Source of the DNA: the human T2T-CHM13v2.0 reference genome, Homo sapiens
Length of the DNA: 64,000 nucleotides
Reading direction: 5' to 3' (one strand)
Assembly (NCBI RefSeq): GCF_009914755.1
Contig: NC_060927.1
Shown here: positions 51,984 to 64,000 of the stretch, piece after piece
Layout of the letters: each line of letters begins with the position of its first letter
Position numbering within the stretch: the first letter of the stretch is position 1
Made by a program: the position numbers and the translations under genes
Notes under the pieces: model-generated
Told to the model about the DNA's origin: nothing
Databases searched by the model: none
The model's input: only the letters and a program-made list of their open reading frames with translations

Positions 51984-52245
51984 TTTTTTTTTCTTTTTCA
52001 TCTCTGATTTTTTTTATGATACTTTAAGTTCTAGGGTACATGTACACAACGTGCAGGTTTGTTACATATGTATACATGTGCCATGTTGGTGTGCTGCACC
52101 CATTAACTCATCATTTACATTAGGTATACCTCCTAATGCTATCCCTCCCCCATCCCCGACCCCACGACAGGCCCCAGTGTGTGATGTTCCCCACCCTGTG
52201 TCCAAGTGTTCTCGTTGTTCAATTCCCACCTATGAGTGAGAACAT
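51984..52245 (-). mobile_element. L1PA (L1PA5-like) 3' terminal segment of an inverted insertion
   Basis: Poly-T then 'tactttaagttctagggtacatg...cccacctatgagtgagaacat'. Confidence 0.95.
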
Positions 52246-52360
52246 ACCCCATGGAATAGTATGCAGCCATAAAAAAGGATGAGTTCATATCCTTTGTATG
52301 AAGGATGGATGAAGCTGGAAACCATCATTCTGAGCAAACTATCGCAAGGACAGAAAACCA
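52246..52360 (+). mobile_element. Inverted upstream segment of the same L1PA (twin priming)
   Basis: 'ccatggaatagtatgcagccataaaaaaggatgag...gcaaggacagaaaacca' in + orientation; TSD acctattaa at 51974-51982 and 52364-52372. Confidence 0.92.
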
Positions 52361-53559
52361 ATTACCTATTAATTCTACAAAACAGGAAAGATAAAGATCA
52401 CACAAGTTTGTTACTGTTAATTGAGCGTGACTCCATATTTTAAAAATTGGACCTCCATAGTATATTTGCATTTTCAGTTATGTTTCAAATAGATATATAG
52501 AGAGTAGCAATTCACTTGTATAAGCAAATGGAAACAGTGCATTCCATCAACTTCACCCTAATAGCAATGGCACTGGTGCAAAGAGGGAATTCAGGAAAGA
52601 CATTGCATAACTGAAACATAATATGCAGCCATGAAAACACATCTTTTTAAAGAGAAAAGTCTGTTTGCAAGAACAAAAATCTGACTGTGAATTCTTTATA
52701 TTAATTCAGAAGATGGTAAATAATCACTCCCAGTGTTAAGCATGTCAAATTTACTTGACAAAGTCAATTCGGCAGAAGCCCAAAGTTAATGGTAAGAACG
52801 TATTTATTGGTTCTCCTTCCTGAGTCCTTCCAGGCATGTTAAATAAACAGAACATATCTATGTGTTAAAAGCTCTACAATACAATCAAGGGAAAATATGC
52901 TTAAACACTTGTGTGATAATTCAGGCCAAAAAAAAAGTTAAGTAAAATATTTTCCTTAGCCATCCGGACATAGCCAAATTACAAGATATTTTTAAAAATA
53001 TACAAACAAAAATATTGCCGCTTCAGGATATGCTTCAATGTTCCCAGAGAATTCAGTTTTGAATTTTGTCTTTTAGAATACCTAAATCTGCAACAGCCAC
53101 GTAATTCCTATACTAAATGATCACTTAAAGGGGTAAAATATAAAACATCTCTTCAGCTGTATTCTGGAGAGAGATGCATTATATTAGGAGGAAAATAAAG
53201 AAAAACAAATATTTGCATGAATACTGTATTATTAGTAACCTTAACAAATGGTACCCATTCTGGTAGAAAAAGTGATTTCCTAGAAAATCTGTCTATTTTC
53301 TAATAAATAAAATGTCTAAAATGAAACGGCATTAGCTGAAACTCATCTCTAAAAGGCTCAAGTTAATGTGTTCAAAAACACAGTATTTTCCATGGCATTT
53401 TTGGTGGGCAAGTTTCCACCGGTCTTTCAAGTTTCTGCACATCTTGTGAATAGAGGTTCTGACTGCCTTTGTTCCAGAGTAGCTTTCCAAAAATGTATAC
53501 TGAAGAAACTTGAAGGGTAGAGACAGTCTCTTGCTGCATCAAAGGCAAGGCATACTTAA

Positions 53560-53840
53560 ACATCCCATTATAAAAGATTCAGGTTTGGTAAGCTCAGGGT
53601 CCCTTCCAGTAATGCAACTTGCTGCATGTACAGGTGTTCCCTGGATCTCTGTGCATTACCTTGTGGGAATTGGGACTCAGGGAACAGGCATAGGAAAATG
53701 CTGATACTCCAGCTACTGCTATTGCTGTGACTAACAAACTCTCCTTCATATCTGATCCAAGAATATCATTCTTTCTGCCATCATTTATGAAATGAGATAA
53801 GCTAATTTGTTAGCTTGCAAACAGGGTAAAAATCTTATCA
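53560..53840 (+). mobile_element. ERVL LTR 3' half (MER76-like)
   Basis: 'gctgatactccagctactgctattgctgtgac', 'gctaatttgttagcttgcaaacagggtaaaaatct'. Confidence 0.6.
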
Positions 53841-55159
53841 GGCAAGAGTCCATAAGGAATCTATCCCCTTTTGATTTTGCAGGATTGACTCTACAATAAA
53901 TTTAGTGCTCTCTAATCAAGTTAACTGTTTCTGCCTAGTTTTGGATAAATACTTGTTTTTATTTCAAAGGAAAAGGCATGGTTGTCAACACCACAGAAGC
54001 TACTTTTGTTAAGGACTGTTACTGAACAATTTTTTAATGAATTCAACGGCACATGTAGTTGAGAAAAAAAATATTTCAAGAAATCCAAACTATAAGGTAT
54101 TAAAGGACTGCCATTCTCAAAGAACCATAAAAATAATTATTTATTTCAAATTAAGGGATTCCAGCAGTCTGGAACAATGGTAGTAGAATTATAGAGTTCA
54201 AACATTATTCAAGTATCTTGTGCCTTTTTGCTATGGAAATACTGAATGGCTAGTATCCTAACTTAGTGAACTTACTGAGTTGATACAGATCCAGACAGAC
54301 TCAGTTGATACTTAATAAGTGAACTCTATTGGATTTTGTATGACGGACCCAGTTAATGCTTAATGACTTTAGTTTCTGAACCACTAATCTAGACTCATGA
54401 TCCAACAAGTATGAATATGTATTCATGGTGCTCATGGAATGGAAATTTGAAATCCAAACTATTTCAGAAGAGTTGTTACATAATATAATTATGTTGTATA
54501 TTCAAGAGTGCAATTGTGAAATTTCACGTCAATGACCTTGAGGCAAATAAAAAGTATGTTAATAATACTGCCTTATATAAACGTACTTTTAATTTTTTTT
54601 CCCCTAAGTGCTTTCATATGGAGTCAAGGACCTGTAAGGAGTAGATACAACAAAAGACACAGGGATACAAGTTTAGAAGAAGAGATACTTGAATCCAGAG
54701 TAGCCAGTATCCGCTATCAGGAAGGCACACAGAATAGAATACAGTAGCCAGTAGAAGCGTTCTCCAGGGCAATATGTGTAAATGGCTCGCTGATGGGATG
54801 AAGATATCTTCAAGGGCTCCAAGTGACTCCTAAACTTCACTGGGAGCTGCTTTTCAGGAACTGTACTTGTAGGATGAAGTACTAATGAACAGTAAAGGGG
54901 ATTAAAAAGGAGGAACAAGGGCAAGAATCTGTTTGCTTTCCTTGGAGTCTGTCCAATGCATAAAGCGCTCTATTTATAAAAGACTAATCCAGTTGTTTAA
55001 TAGGTGCTGCTTTTGGTTTCATATAGGATTCTCCCTTCAGAACAGTCTATTCCTCTGCTCCAATTCTGTATTAATCGAGCAACCTATTAACCTCGTTCTA
55101 TCCCTGAATGAACCTTTCAGGCTAGAAGGGATAAAATGCAGTTTCTGAAATTCTGATAC

Positions 55160-55318
55160 TTAGAGCACTTGGATCAGAGTCACTTTGGGCTGCTAAAAAT
55201 GCAGATTTCTAGGCCCTGCTCCAGACTCACAGAATCAATCTCCTAAGGTGAGCCCAGGAATCTGCACTGTAAAAAGCTCCCCAGTTGGATAATGGGCTGA
55301 ATTTTGAGACTCAATAGA
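55160..55318. mobile_element. MER5 (A/B)
   Basis: 'aaaaatgcagatttctaggccctgctccagact...gcccaggaatctgcac...gctcccca'. Confidence 0.8.
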
Positions 55319-55529
55319 CTAGATAGAGTTTATTTCTAACTGCTTTGCTTTAGACGTTAATGTTTGTGAACATGGACTCAATTTGTCCAATAATTCTCTT
55401 TATATAAGAAAGCAGATATTTCTTTTGTGTCAGAAAGAAAAGTAGCTTTTACAGGCTCAAAAGGCAGCTTTTAAATATATATTTCATTTATGCATATTTA
55501 TCCTCCATTGACTCATGAAATTTTAAACC

Positions 55530-55530
<1 letters not shown>

Positions 55531-55562
<32 letters not shown>

Positions 55563-55574
55563 GCGCGCAACGCG
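55531..55574. repeat. (AC)15(GC)4 alternating purine-pyrimidine tract
   Basis: Read directly. Confidence 0.95.
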
Positions 55575-56169
55575 TTATGACTGCTTTATCTGACTGGATG
55601 CCCCCCTATTAGTAAAGCACATTTTCTACAGCTGTTTAAGAGTGAATTCATTAAATACATATAATTGTGTATTTATGCAAGTAGGCTTGAGAGAACACGC
55701 TAATAATGTAAAATAAATAAGAAAGGCCAGGCTGTCAGTGCCACAATACACTGTTCCTGTCTGGGCTTCTAATTCCAGAACTCCCACAAACAGTACTTAA
55801 GTCTTTGACTTCTTAATTTTAAAATATCATTGAAGATAAGAAACTTAGGAAACAGTTTCCAACTACTGTGTTTGCAAGATATGTCACTAGGGATTTAGTT
55901 ATTTCTTTATCAAGGACCTTTTAGGACGATTGATGTATGATGACCTTGGAATGTGCCTTCTCTAATGATATCTCATCATCACTGATATAATGTTAGCGTA
56001 TTAGTAAGTCTAGGGTTAATAAGGCATTCCTCAGGTATAAGCAACTGAGCCTTGGTGAACTTCGCACACGCTCTCATAAGAAAATGATTCCACATTGGAA
56101 TAACTATATTGATTAGCTATACTTCAAAAGAGAAAGTCATTCTAGCTTTGACTTCTCTCCCACAAATGT

Positions 56170-56415
56170 CATTGAGAGCTTGTCGCATGCCAGCACTTTA
56201 TATTTGTTTTCCTTCTTAATTCTCATCACCACTTGTGCCACTGGTTGAGTAAGTTCTATCCTTATCCAGATTCACAAATGAGGAAACGGGGATTTAGAGG
56301 AATTAAGTAATTCAGTCATTACCTGTAATCAGTCAGAGGACTAGTCAAGTGGCAGAGTCACATTCAAACCCAGGTTGCCAGGCCAAAAGCCTATGTGCTT
56401 TCAACAATACTGTCC
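56170..56415 (-). mobile_element. MIR SINE
   Basis: 'cacaaatgaggaaacggggatttagaggaattaagtaa...agtggcagagtcacattcaaacccagg'. Confidence 0.85.
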
Positions 56416-56991
56416 TTCTCTCATGTGACTATTTGTTTGAGTTGGAGTACCTCTTCTAAGGCCTTCTAAATACTTCTCATAATCTTTTTTCCTTCCCTCC
56501 TCCTCCCATATCAACTTAGTGTTGTTTAATTATCTCCCAGAAGATGACCCTTGCTTAAAGTCGATTCTACCTTTCAACCTTTCAGCTCTTGTTATAGCAG
56601 TCTGCAACCCTGTTCCCCTTTCATGGTTTGCACATTCATGTGCACATTCACATGTCAAGGGTATAGGGATTAAAAAAAAAAAAACCTGTATTTCTGTAAC
56701 CTTGCCTAGTGTTACTTGGTTGAATAAGCTATGACCATAAGACTTTTAAAAGACTTTTTTTTTTTGTCCTTAAGCTTGGTTTATCTAGGTCCCAAGTTTT
56801 GTTTATGTAGACCTCCACCCCCACTTAACACTGAAGAATTTATTTAATCAAACTATTTGTATTTTACAAACCCCTACTGAATTCCAACACCATTTGAAAA
56901 CTGGTGCTCATTCCTAGTTTAGATTATGATATGGTAAATGAAAATATTGCCGATTTAAAAAATATAATTTTTCTTACCCAGTCTTATAAAG

Positions 56992-57185
56992 CAATGGTTC
57001 TCCCACTTCACATGCACACCTTCATCCCCAATCACTAAGGACATTTGTGAAAATGCAGATTCCTAGGCCTTACCCTCCAAAGATGTTGTAAATAAGTAGG
57101 GTGAGGCCCAGGAATCTGTAGTTTAACAGAGCTTATTATGTAATTCTAATACAAATATTCTGTGATCCACATGCTAAGAAATCAA
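56992..57185. mobile_element. MER5 (A/B)
   Basis: 'caatggttctc...aaaatgcagattcctaggcc...ggtgaggcccaggaatctgtagtttaaca'. Confidence 0.8.
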
Positions 57186-58334
57186 CAGAAATATAAATGT
57201 TTTTCATGTACATAGGGCAATGCCCTCAATTAGCTGGAAACTTCTTAGCTAACTTTTGGGACTACATTTTTTTCCTCATAGTTACAACAAATTTAACACT
57301 TACAGTAATGGCTGTTCAGTCATCCCACAAATATTTCTGGAAAGACTACCTTAATCTAGGAATGGTGAATATCTAATAGACGAGATATGAGGCACATCTA
57401 TCACCCCCCATACCTGCAGTGCCCATGACAGACATCACTAATAAATCATGGGCATTCTTGTCAGCTCAGCATAGACCCATGACTGTGAAACCACTCCTAA
57501 TCAATCTTAGAGCAATAGCTAGGACATGGCCACTGGGTCTTTGCCCATAGGGCATCGAGATAAAAAGAAAGCAAAAGAAATTGAGAAATATTGGGAATAT
57601 TGGCAAAATTTAGAGCTTTCTCCTTTCCTCCCTTCTCACTGAGTACCCTGTACTATCTCTGCAGCTTGGTGGCAGGCTCAATGCTATCCCAGGTCAGCGA
57701 CCCTAGCTACTGGAGGCAGACAGCTAAAGGCCCATGGACAGGTGAGAAAATTGGCCAAGCAAAGAACTTTCAGGGTATTGAGATAAAAGATCCCTCCTCT
57801 ATTCTCATTCCTATCCTTCCTCTTACTTAAGGACCTCTCTCCAGATGGAAAGCCAATCTAGGCTTCCTGCCCTGGGCATTAAAAAATTCTATTTAGGATT
57901 CATTTATGATAAAAACCTTTTTACTATGGCTTTGGATCTTCCCCTTTTGATTCCTATTTGAGACTCAGAGAAGCCAAATGACTTAGCCAAGGTTATCTAA
58001 AGTTAAAAATAGAATTCAGTTCTCTGGACTCCGAGTTCATTGCTCTGCAGAGATTTAAGAACCTTGATGCAATCTGCAATTAGCTTATAAAAATAACATT
58101 GCATAGTCCTTTGTCCAGTAATTCTGAAATAACTTGGTCATATTTATATATCACATCTTCTATCTTTGAGAATCTTTCATTAGGTCTGTCTCAACCAGAA
58201 ATAAGTTTTGCAGACAGCAACTCTACATTATTGTAAACTATATGCCTTTAATAATATTTAATGTATTTCTGCAGAGGTAGAAAATTGCCTCATTATAATA
58301 CCCCCAGGAAGAGTAGGTATTTATTATCTCAACC

Positions 58335-58575
58335 ATGGCACAGTCTGGAGGGGTTAAAAGAATAAGAGCACTGAAGGCCCTGAATCGAGGCTCCACCTCT
58401 TCCCAGCTGTGTAACCGATGCAAGTTACTTGGCCTCTCTGAGAACCTGTTTATCTATAAAGCGATGAACTTATTTATCTTGCAGAGTTTTCCTAGAAGTG
58501 AAATTAGTTAATGGGTATAAAAATGACATAAATTTATGCCTGGCATGTCATAGTGCTTAGCAAATGTTAGCTCCT
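58335..58575 (+). mobile_element. MIR SINE
   Basis: 'cagctgtgtaaccgatgcaagttacttggcctctctg...tgcctggcatg...aaatgttagc'. Confidence 0.8.
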
Positions 58576-58614
58576 TCTTTCTTTTTCTCTTACACATGTT
58601 ACCTCAGTGTCTCC

Positions 58615-58775
58615 CAGGACCAGCAATATTTGTGAGGTCCAGTGAAAAACAAAAATATGGGGCCATTTGCTCAGAAGCAATTAAGGACTTCAAGATGGAA
58701 CCAGCAGAGCAGTCAACTCAGCATGGGGCCCTTTTGAAGAACTACCCAGGACACATGTCCACGTAGTCCAGCCCT
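58615..58775 (-). mobile_element. MER45A (hAT-Tip100)
   Basis: 'caggaccagc...ccagtgaaaaacaaaaatatggggcc...ttcaagatgg...cagcagagca...cagccctg'. Confidence 0.75.
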
Positions 58776-58869
58776 GGCGGTGGGATTATCTCTGGAATGA
58801 ATGCTCTCTAATCTTCTCTGTGGCTTTGTTTAGTCAGTGCTGAAGTTCATGGTGAGCACTTGAAGTAGC

Positions 58870-59935
58870 AGCACAGGGTGAGAAGTGTGTTAGATTCAAC
58901 CTCAGCTATTCTACTTTCTATGAAACTTCCACACCTCAGAAACCTCTTTAAAAAGTGAGCAAAGGACATGAACAGACATTTTTCAAAAGGAGACATACAT
59001 ATGGCCAACAAGCATATGAAAAAAAGCTCAACATCACTGATCATTAGAGAAATTCAAAACGAAACCACAATGAGACACCATCTCACACCTGTCAGAATGG
59101 CTATTATTAAAAAGTCAAAAAATAACTGATGCTGGCAAGGTTGCAGAGTAAAAGGAACACATGCACTGTCGGTGGGAATGTAAATTACTACAACCATTGT
59201 GGAAGAAATTGTGGTGATTTCCCAAAGACCTAAAAACAGAAATACCACTCAACTCAGCAATTCTATCACTAGGTATATACCAGAAGGAATATAAATCATT
59301 CTGTCATAAAGACACATGCACATGTATGTTCATTGCAGCACTATTCACAATAGCAAAGACATGAAATCAACCTAAATGCCCATCAATCATAGACTGGAAA
59401 AAGAAAACGTGGTACATATACACCATGGAATACTATGCAGCCATAAAAAAGAATGAGGTCATATCTTTTGCAGGAAGATGGATGGAGCTGGAGGCTATTA
59501 TCCTTAGCAAACTAAGGCAGGAATGGAAAATCAAATACTTGATGTCTGACTTATAAGTGGGAGCTAAATGATGAGAGCATGTGGACACATAGAGGGGAAC
59601 AATAGACAGTGGGCCTATTGGAGGGTGTAGGGTGGGAGGATGGAGAGGATCAGGAAAAATAACTAATGGGTACTAGGCTTACTACCTGGGTGATGAAATA
59701 ATCTTTACAACAAACCCCCGTGGCAGAAGTTTACCTATGTAATAAACCTGCACATGTACCCCTGAACCTAAAATAAAAGTCACATTAAAAAAAAAAAACC
59801 TCTTTAAGGCTTGTAGGAGTCTAATAATAACACTTTCTTCATAGGGCTCTGGTGTAGGTGAAAAGAGATTAAAGCAGGAAAAAGTACTAACCCAGGGCCC
59901 TAGCACTGAGGACTTATGTGTTGGCTGTCATTATA
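58870..59935 (+). mobile_element. MIR split by the L1PA13-like insertion (parts 58870-58951 and 59796-59935)
   Basis: 5' half 'gattcaacctcagct', 3' half 'taataataacactttcttcataggg...aaagtactaacccagggccctagcac'. Confidence 0.55.
58952..59795 (+). mobile_element. L1PA13-like 3' end, 5'-truncated
   Basis: 'ggagaggatcaggaaaaataactaatgggtactaggctt...gggtgatgaaataatc'; TSD aaacctctttaa at 58940-58951 and 59796-59807. Confidence 0.93.
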
Positions 59936-60239
59936 GTGTCTTTCTTGTCTTTCTTTCCCTTATACATCTCCCAAGTCTTCAGGCTTTACTAATCCAATAG
60001 GTTGTATGTATGACAGTTTCCACAGGACGTGCCACCCAGGACCCTGCCAAGGCACCCATGCCCAGAGAGAAAAGCATGCAAAATGGACAGAATCTCCATC
60101 ATTGATTATTTTAATGCATGGACACTTCAGAACTAAGCATAGTGAATTGCCTTTATTACAACATAAAATGATGATGATGCTATTAATGAAATTAATGGAA
60201 GTAAAATATCTGTAGCTTGTAGTGGCAATTTGTTTTCTA

Positions 60240-60415
60240 ATATATTTGCATCATCATCTCATTTAATGATCCCTTCCTCTAAAGCACCCTGTCTGCAGAT
60301 TACGTTATCATCTCCATTTTACAGGTGAAGAGATGAAGTTTCCAAGACATTTAGTGATTTGCTCCAAGGCGCATGCTAATCTGATTCCTAGTCTAGTGTT
60401 CCTTTTTCCCCATCA
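60240..60415 (-). mobile_element. MIR fragment
   Basis: 'ttatcatctccattttacaggtgaagagatgaag'. Confidence 0.75.
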
Positions 60416-60779
60416 ACAAGAATGTGGTTAAAGTAGCATTTATGTGTCTGTCTCATCTATTCCTGTGCATAATTGCTTTACTACTTCAACCAACAATGAC
60501 TATACAAATAATTTCATGTAGTTTTCAAAAACAAAGGGAAATTGGACAAAGTAGTAAATAACTCATTTTACATTTAAATAGGCTTGAGGAGCTTGGGAAA
60601 AATGTTAAAGTTTGAGATTCTATCTAATTGTTCACAAAGCCTGTGCTATGTTATCACAGTTTCCATTAAAAGTGGTCATTTGAGAAACTTAGTATCCTGG
60701 ATGGATAATCTCCCAGAGTAAAAGACCCACTAAGAAGGAATTGTGGTCATCTGGACTTGGGACATGTATTTCATTGGTG

Positions 60780-60958
60780 CAATAATTATGGGAGAGTTGT
60801 CATTTTCCAACCCTGTTTTGGAGGTGGAGGTGAGTGGAAAAAGCCATGTCAGCCCTGCACTGCCTGCCTCTGAACTTTACATGAGGAAAATAAACTCCCT
60901 TTTACTTCCCTTTATTTTGGATTTCTGATATTCCCAGCTAAGTCTAATCCTGATACAG
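60780..60958 (+). mobile_element. MLT1 (J/K-like) LTR 3' part
   Basis: 'cagccctgcactgcctgcctctgaactttacatgaggaaaataaac...ctaatcctgataca'. Confidence 0.65.
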
Positions 60959-61196
60959 CCACTCTCCTCAATTTCCTCCTCAGATGAAAGCTTAGATTTC
61001 CATTTCTGGCAAAATGGGAGCTAAAAGACAGATGTGCGTGGCGAATGTGCATTCACTTTTTTCAGCTGCTGCTGAAGATTCTTCACCTCCCTGGCCTCTG
61101 CTGAACTTACTTGTGGGGACATGACCATATTGGTGGTTCTACTCTGGAAAGTTCAGGCCTTACATCAACCTCCTCCAGAATCCAACAATGAAGGGG

Positions 61197-61736
61197 TGAC
61201 ATAGAAAATAATCTCCAAAGATGGCCACCATCAATTTTTTCCTTCCCTATATGCACATGCCACCCCCTCTTGAAAAGAGGGGTCTATTTCTCCTCCCTTT
61301 TAAATCTAGGGTAGCCATGTAACTTTGACCAACAGAATGTGGAGGAAGTGATGTTCTGGATCTTGGGACTTCTTATCCCCAGGCTTGAGAGAGGACTGGA
61401 AGTTTCCTTTTTGAAGCCAGCTTCTGTGTAAAGGGCTGACTAACCTAAAACCACCAAGCTGTGAGAAAGCCAAAACTAGCTACGCAGTGGGCCACATGAG
61501 AAGCACCAGCTCACCATATAACTAAGTAAGTCCTTCTTGGGGCTTCTATCACAGCCCAGCCACCAGCAGAATAAGCCTGAGTCGGTGACCCCTAATCAAT
61601 GACCAATGAAGCAAAACCTGCCTGGCCAATCCTACCTGAAGTCCTGACCCATAGAATTGTAAGAAGTAATAAATCATCATTATCTGAAGCCACTAAGTTT
61701 TGGGATGGTTTGTTATATAACAATAGATAACTGAAG
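61197..61736 (+). mobile_element. MLT1H-like MaLR solo LTR
   Basis: 'ccaaagatggccacca', 'ctttgaccaacagaatgtggaggaagtgatg', 'gccactaagttttgggatggtttgttat...aatagataactg'. Confidence 0.85.
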
Positions 61737-62547
61737 TAGATGGGGAAGGATGAGAGAACACTTCTGAGGTAAAGAAAGGGAGAATTGGTGAGAAAACCCT
61801 ACTCTGCTGTCAGTTTCTCCTGGCTCCCAGTCTCCCAGCACTGAGATTTTTTTTTTTTAAAGTGGAAAGCACAACTATTATTTCCATAGACAAGTAAACT
61901 CTGCATTCCCAAGAATTAATCTACAATGCAAATTTGAAACACAACTTGTTCAGAAGGTGGCAACTTATTCAATGCCCTTCAACACTCATTCTTGACATAC
62001 ATGTGATGTTGAGCGCCACTGTTCATTTATGTGTCAGACTAATGCCTTATATGTGAAGCAGACATGAATATCAGGTTAGTCCTGAGCAATTCCAAGGACA
62101 GCAATAGTACTATACAATTGTCTGTGTACTATATCTGGTGTAACATGATTATGGGTAATTATGTTAATCAGTACTTTTTATGGCCATCTATTTATTGAAT
62201 TTGGTTTCTTTCTAAAAGAAAAAATGAATACCAAGGTATATATGATCTACTGAAAACCTTTACTTATTTCACCACAAAAGGTTCTCAGAGGAAAATTCTC
62301 TGTTCCAACCCAGCAGAAGACAAGATATTTAAATAGAGAAATTTTTATAAACGTGCTTTCCAGGGACATATTAAGCATGTCAATGGAGAATCATTTTACT
62401 AAACTATCTGCTTGGTTACTGAGAATCATCAAAGCATTTATAGTTCAGTTAACTTAAGAAGAGGACTTCAGTTTTTTAATTTCTGAAATTAGTACAGCTT
62501 TTTAATTTCTGAAATAAATATTAGAATAGTAGCTTGAAAGGGTTTTG

Positions 62548-62738
62548 GTGGACAAAAGTTTTCAACCATGATTGGCTGCTAGAAGCATTTGGAATCCTTT
62601 CATTCCCGCCCGTCTACCCACCCTCCGCCCACCTTCCAGAGGTTTCAGTTAATTGTTCTGGGGCGGACATCAGGCAACAGGATTTTAAAAAAATACTCCA
62701 TAGGATTCTAATACCTAGCTAAGACCGAAAACATTGTT
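62548..62738. mobile_element. MER5-like fragment
   Basis: 'gttttcaacc...ccagaggtttcagttaattgttctgggg...ccataggattctaat'. Confidence 0.65.
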
Positions 62739-62837
62739 GAAAGAGTGTGGGCTTTGAAATAATCCCTAGGATTGAATTCCAAGCATCAATAGTTTTATAA
62801 CCGAGGCAAATGGCAAAGCCATGGTAAGTTTCTATGG

Positions 62838-63013
62838 CAGTGGTTCTCAAAGTGGGGTTCCTTAGTAAGCAGCATTGGCAATATCTGGAGAACTTACTGG
62901 AAATGAAAATTCTTTGGTTCCACCCAGACCTACTGAATCAGAAAGTCTAGGGTAGGGGGTGGGGCCCAGCCTCCAGGTGATCCTGCCACAGGCTACAGTT
63001 TGAGAAGTACTGT
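62838..63013. mobile_element. MER5A
   Basis: 'cagtggttctcaaagtgg...gcagcatt...cccagacctactgaatcagaaa...ccaggtgat...agtttgagaagtactg'. Confidence 0.9.
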
Positions 63014-63124
63014 GCTACATGATAAGAATTATAAGGGCTGACTCCATGTACCTTCACTGTTCCTCAATATCTACATAAATTTTCACAGCCTAGAATTCTT
63101 CTCTCTCTCCTTGTCAAGGTATCT

Positions 63125-63960
63125 TGTTTTTTAAAAAATTGTAAAAGCCTAGTAGCAAAACTTCAAAAAAGTAAATGCATTGTTTTATTTCTGATTCTTT
63201 AATTCACTTTTATTGTGTTTTAATTAGAAAAGCAGAAAGAATAAAAAACTCCTACTTTGCAATGTTATTAACATTTGATATAAATTTGGTTTTTACAAGA
63301 AAAGATCAAATTTTGCATACTGTTAAATAAACTTCTTAATCTTCTATTTCACACACTGCATCTTTTACATGCTACTATTTAATATAATATTTGTACATAT
63401 CAACATATCATATTTTTGGTGTAGACTTATATTCCATTATATAAATATGCCATAATTTATTTAATCCATCCTTTATCAGTTGATTATAATTTTTGATTTT
63501 ATAAATAATGTTCCTATTAATTATTTTAAAATTGTTTACATCCATGATGCCATTCTTGGGATCAGTTTTCAAGATGTGGTATTGCTGGATCAAAGCATAC
63601 AGTGGCTAGTGATGCACGTTGACAAATTGTCCTTAAAAAAAACTGCACCCTTAGCAAGGGATGAGAATGCCAATTCTTTTGTACCACAGTTCTTGCTATA
63701 TATTACTAGTTTGTTTAATCTTTGTCAATTTAATACAAGGATGACTTCATAGGGTTTTTCTTTAATGAAGTTAAATCTTTTTGCCATTGTGTTTTTGTTT
63801 AATGCCTATTTGTATTTCTTTATTCTCATTATTTGTCCATTTTTAAAAAAATGTGAGTACGCACCTTTTTTTCCTATTGAATTGTAAATGCTCCTTATAT
63901 ATTAAGGATTACTTTTACCAACAATTGGAGGTAAGAAAAATATCATAAATACTCAATTGA
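63125..63960 (-). mobile_element. L1ME fragment
   Basis: 'tattccattatataaatatgccataatttatttaatcca', 'ggtattgctggatcaaag', 'aatctttgtcaatttaata'. Confidence 0.75.
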
Positions 63961-64000
63961 GTAATATCAGAATGAGTTAATTTCAATTTATTATTAATAA

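Overview
This is primate (human-like) non-coding genomic DNA. It is AT-rich and CpG-depleted, with no CpG island, and it is dense in interspersed repeats: Alu (Sc, Sg, J, FLAM), L1 (PA4-, PA5-, PA13-, MA-, MB- and ME-type fragments), many MIR and L2 pieces, solo or partial LTRs (MER57, LTR16, MLT1 types, MER76-like) and hAT DNA-transposon fossils (Arthur1, Charlie1a, MER5, MER20, MER45A, MER58A, MER63, MER94, MER102). I cannot support any protein-coding gene, tRNA, rRNA or CRISPR array. The long ORFs in the track are Alu or L1 derived, or chance. All seven LTRs I recognised lie on the + strand, which suggests a long intron of a gene transcribed on the - strand; I cannot name the host gene. I did not find a new multi-gene biological system. 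The most unusual structure is a 4-kb cluster (4.96-8.95 kb) of local copying events: an AluSc flanked by an ~89-bp duplication instead of a normal short TSD, a perfect 23-bp inverted repeat enclosing a 30-bp-period duplication, and a ~217-bp copy of sequence from 2.1 kb away that carries an Arthur1 terminus. Elsewhere there is a twin-primed inverted L1PA, a multi-level nest of transposons, an AT-rich palindromic VNTR, candidate minus-strand exons and repeat-free candidate enhancers. Repeat family and subfamily calls are from remembered consensus sequences, not from a search, and boundaries of old repeats are approximate.
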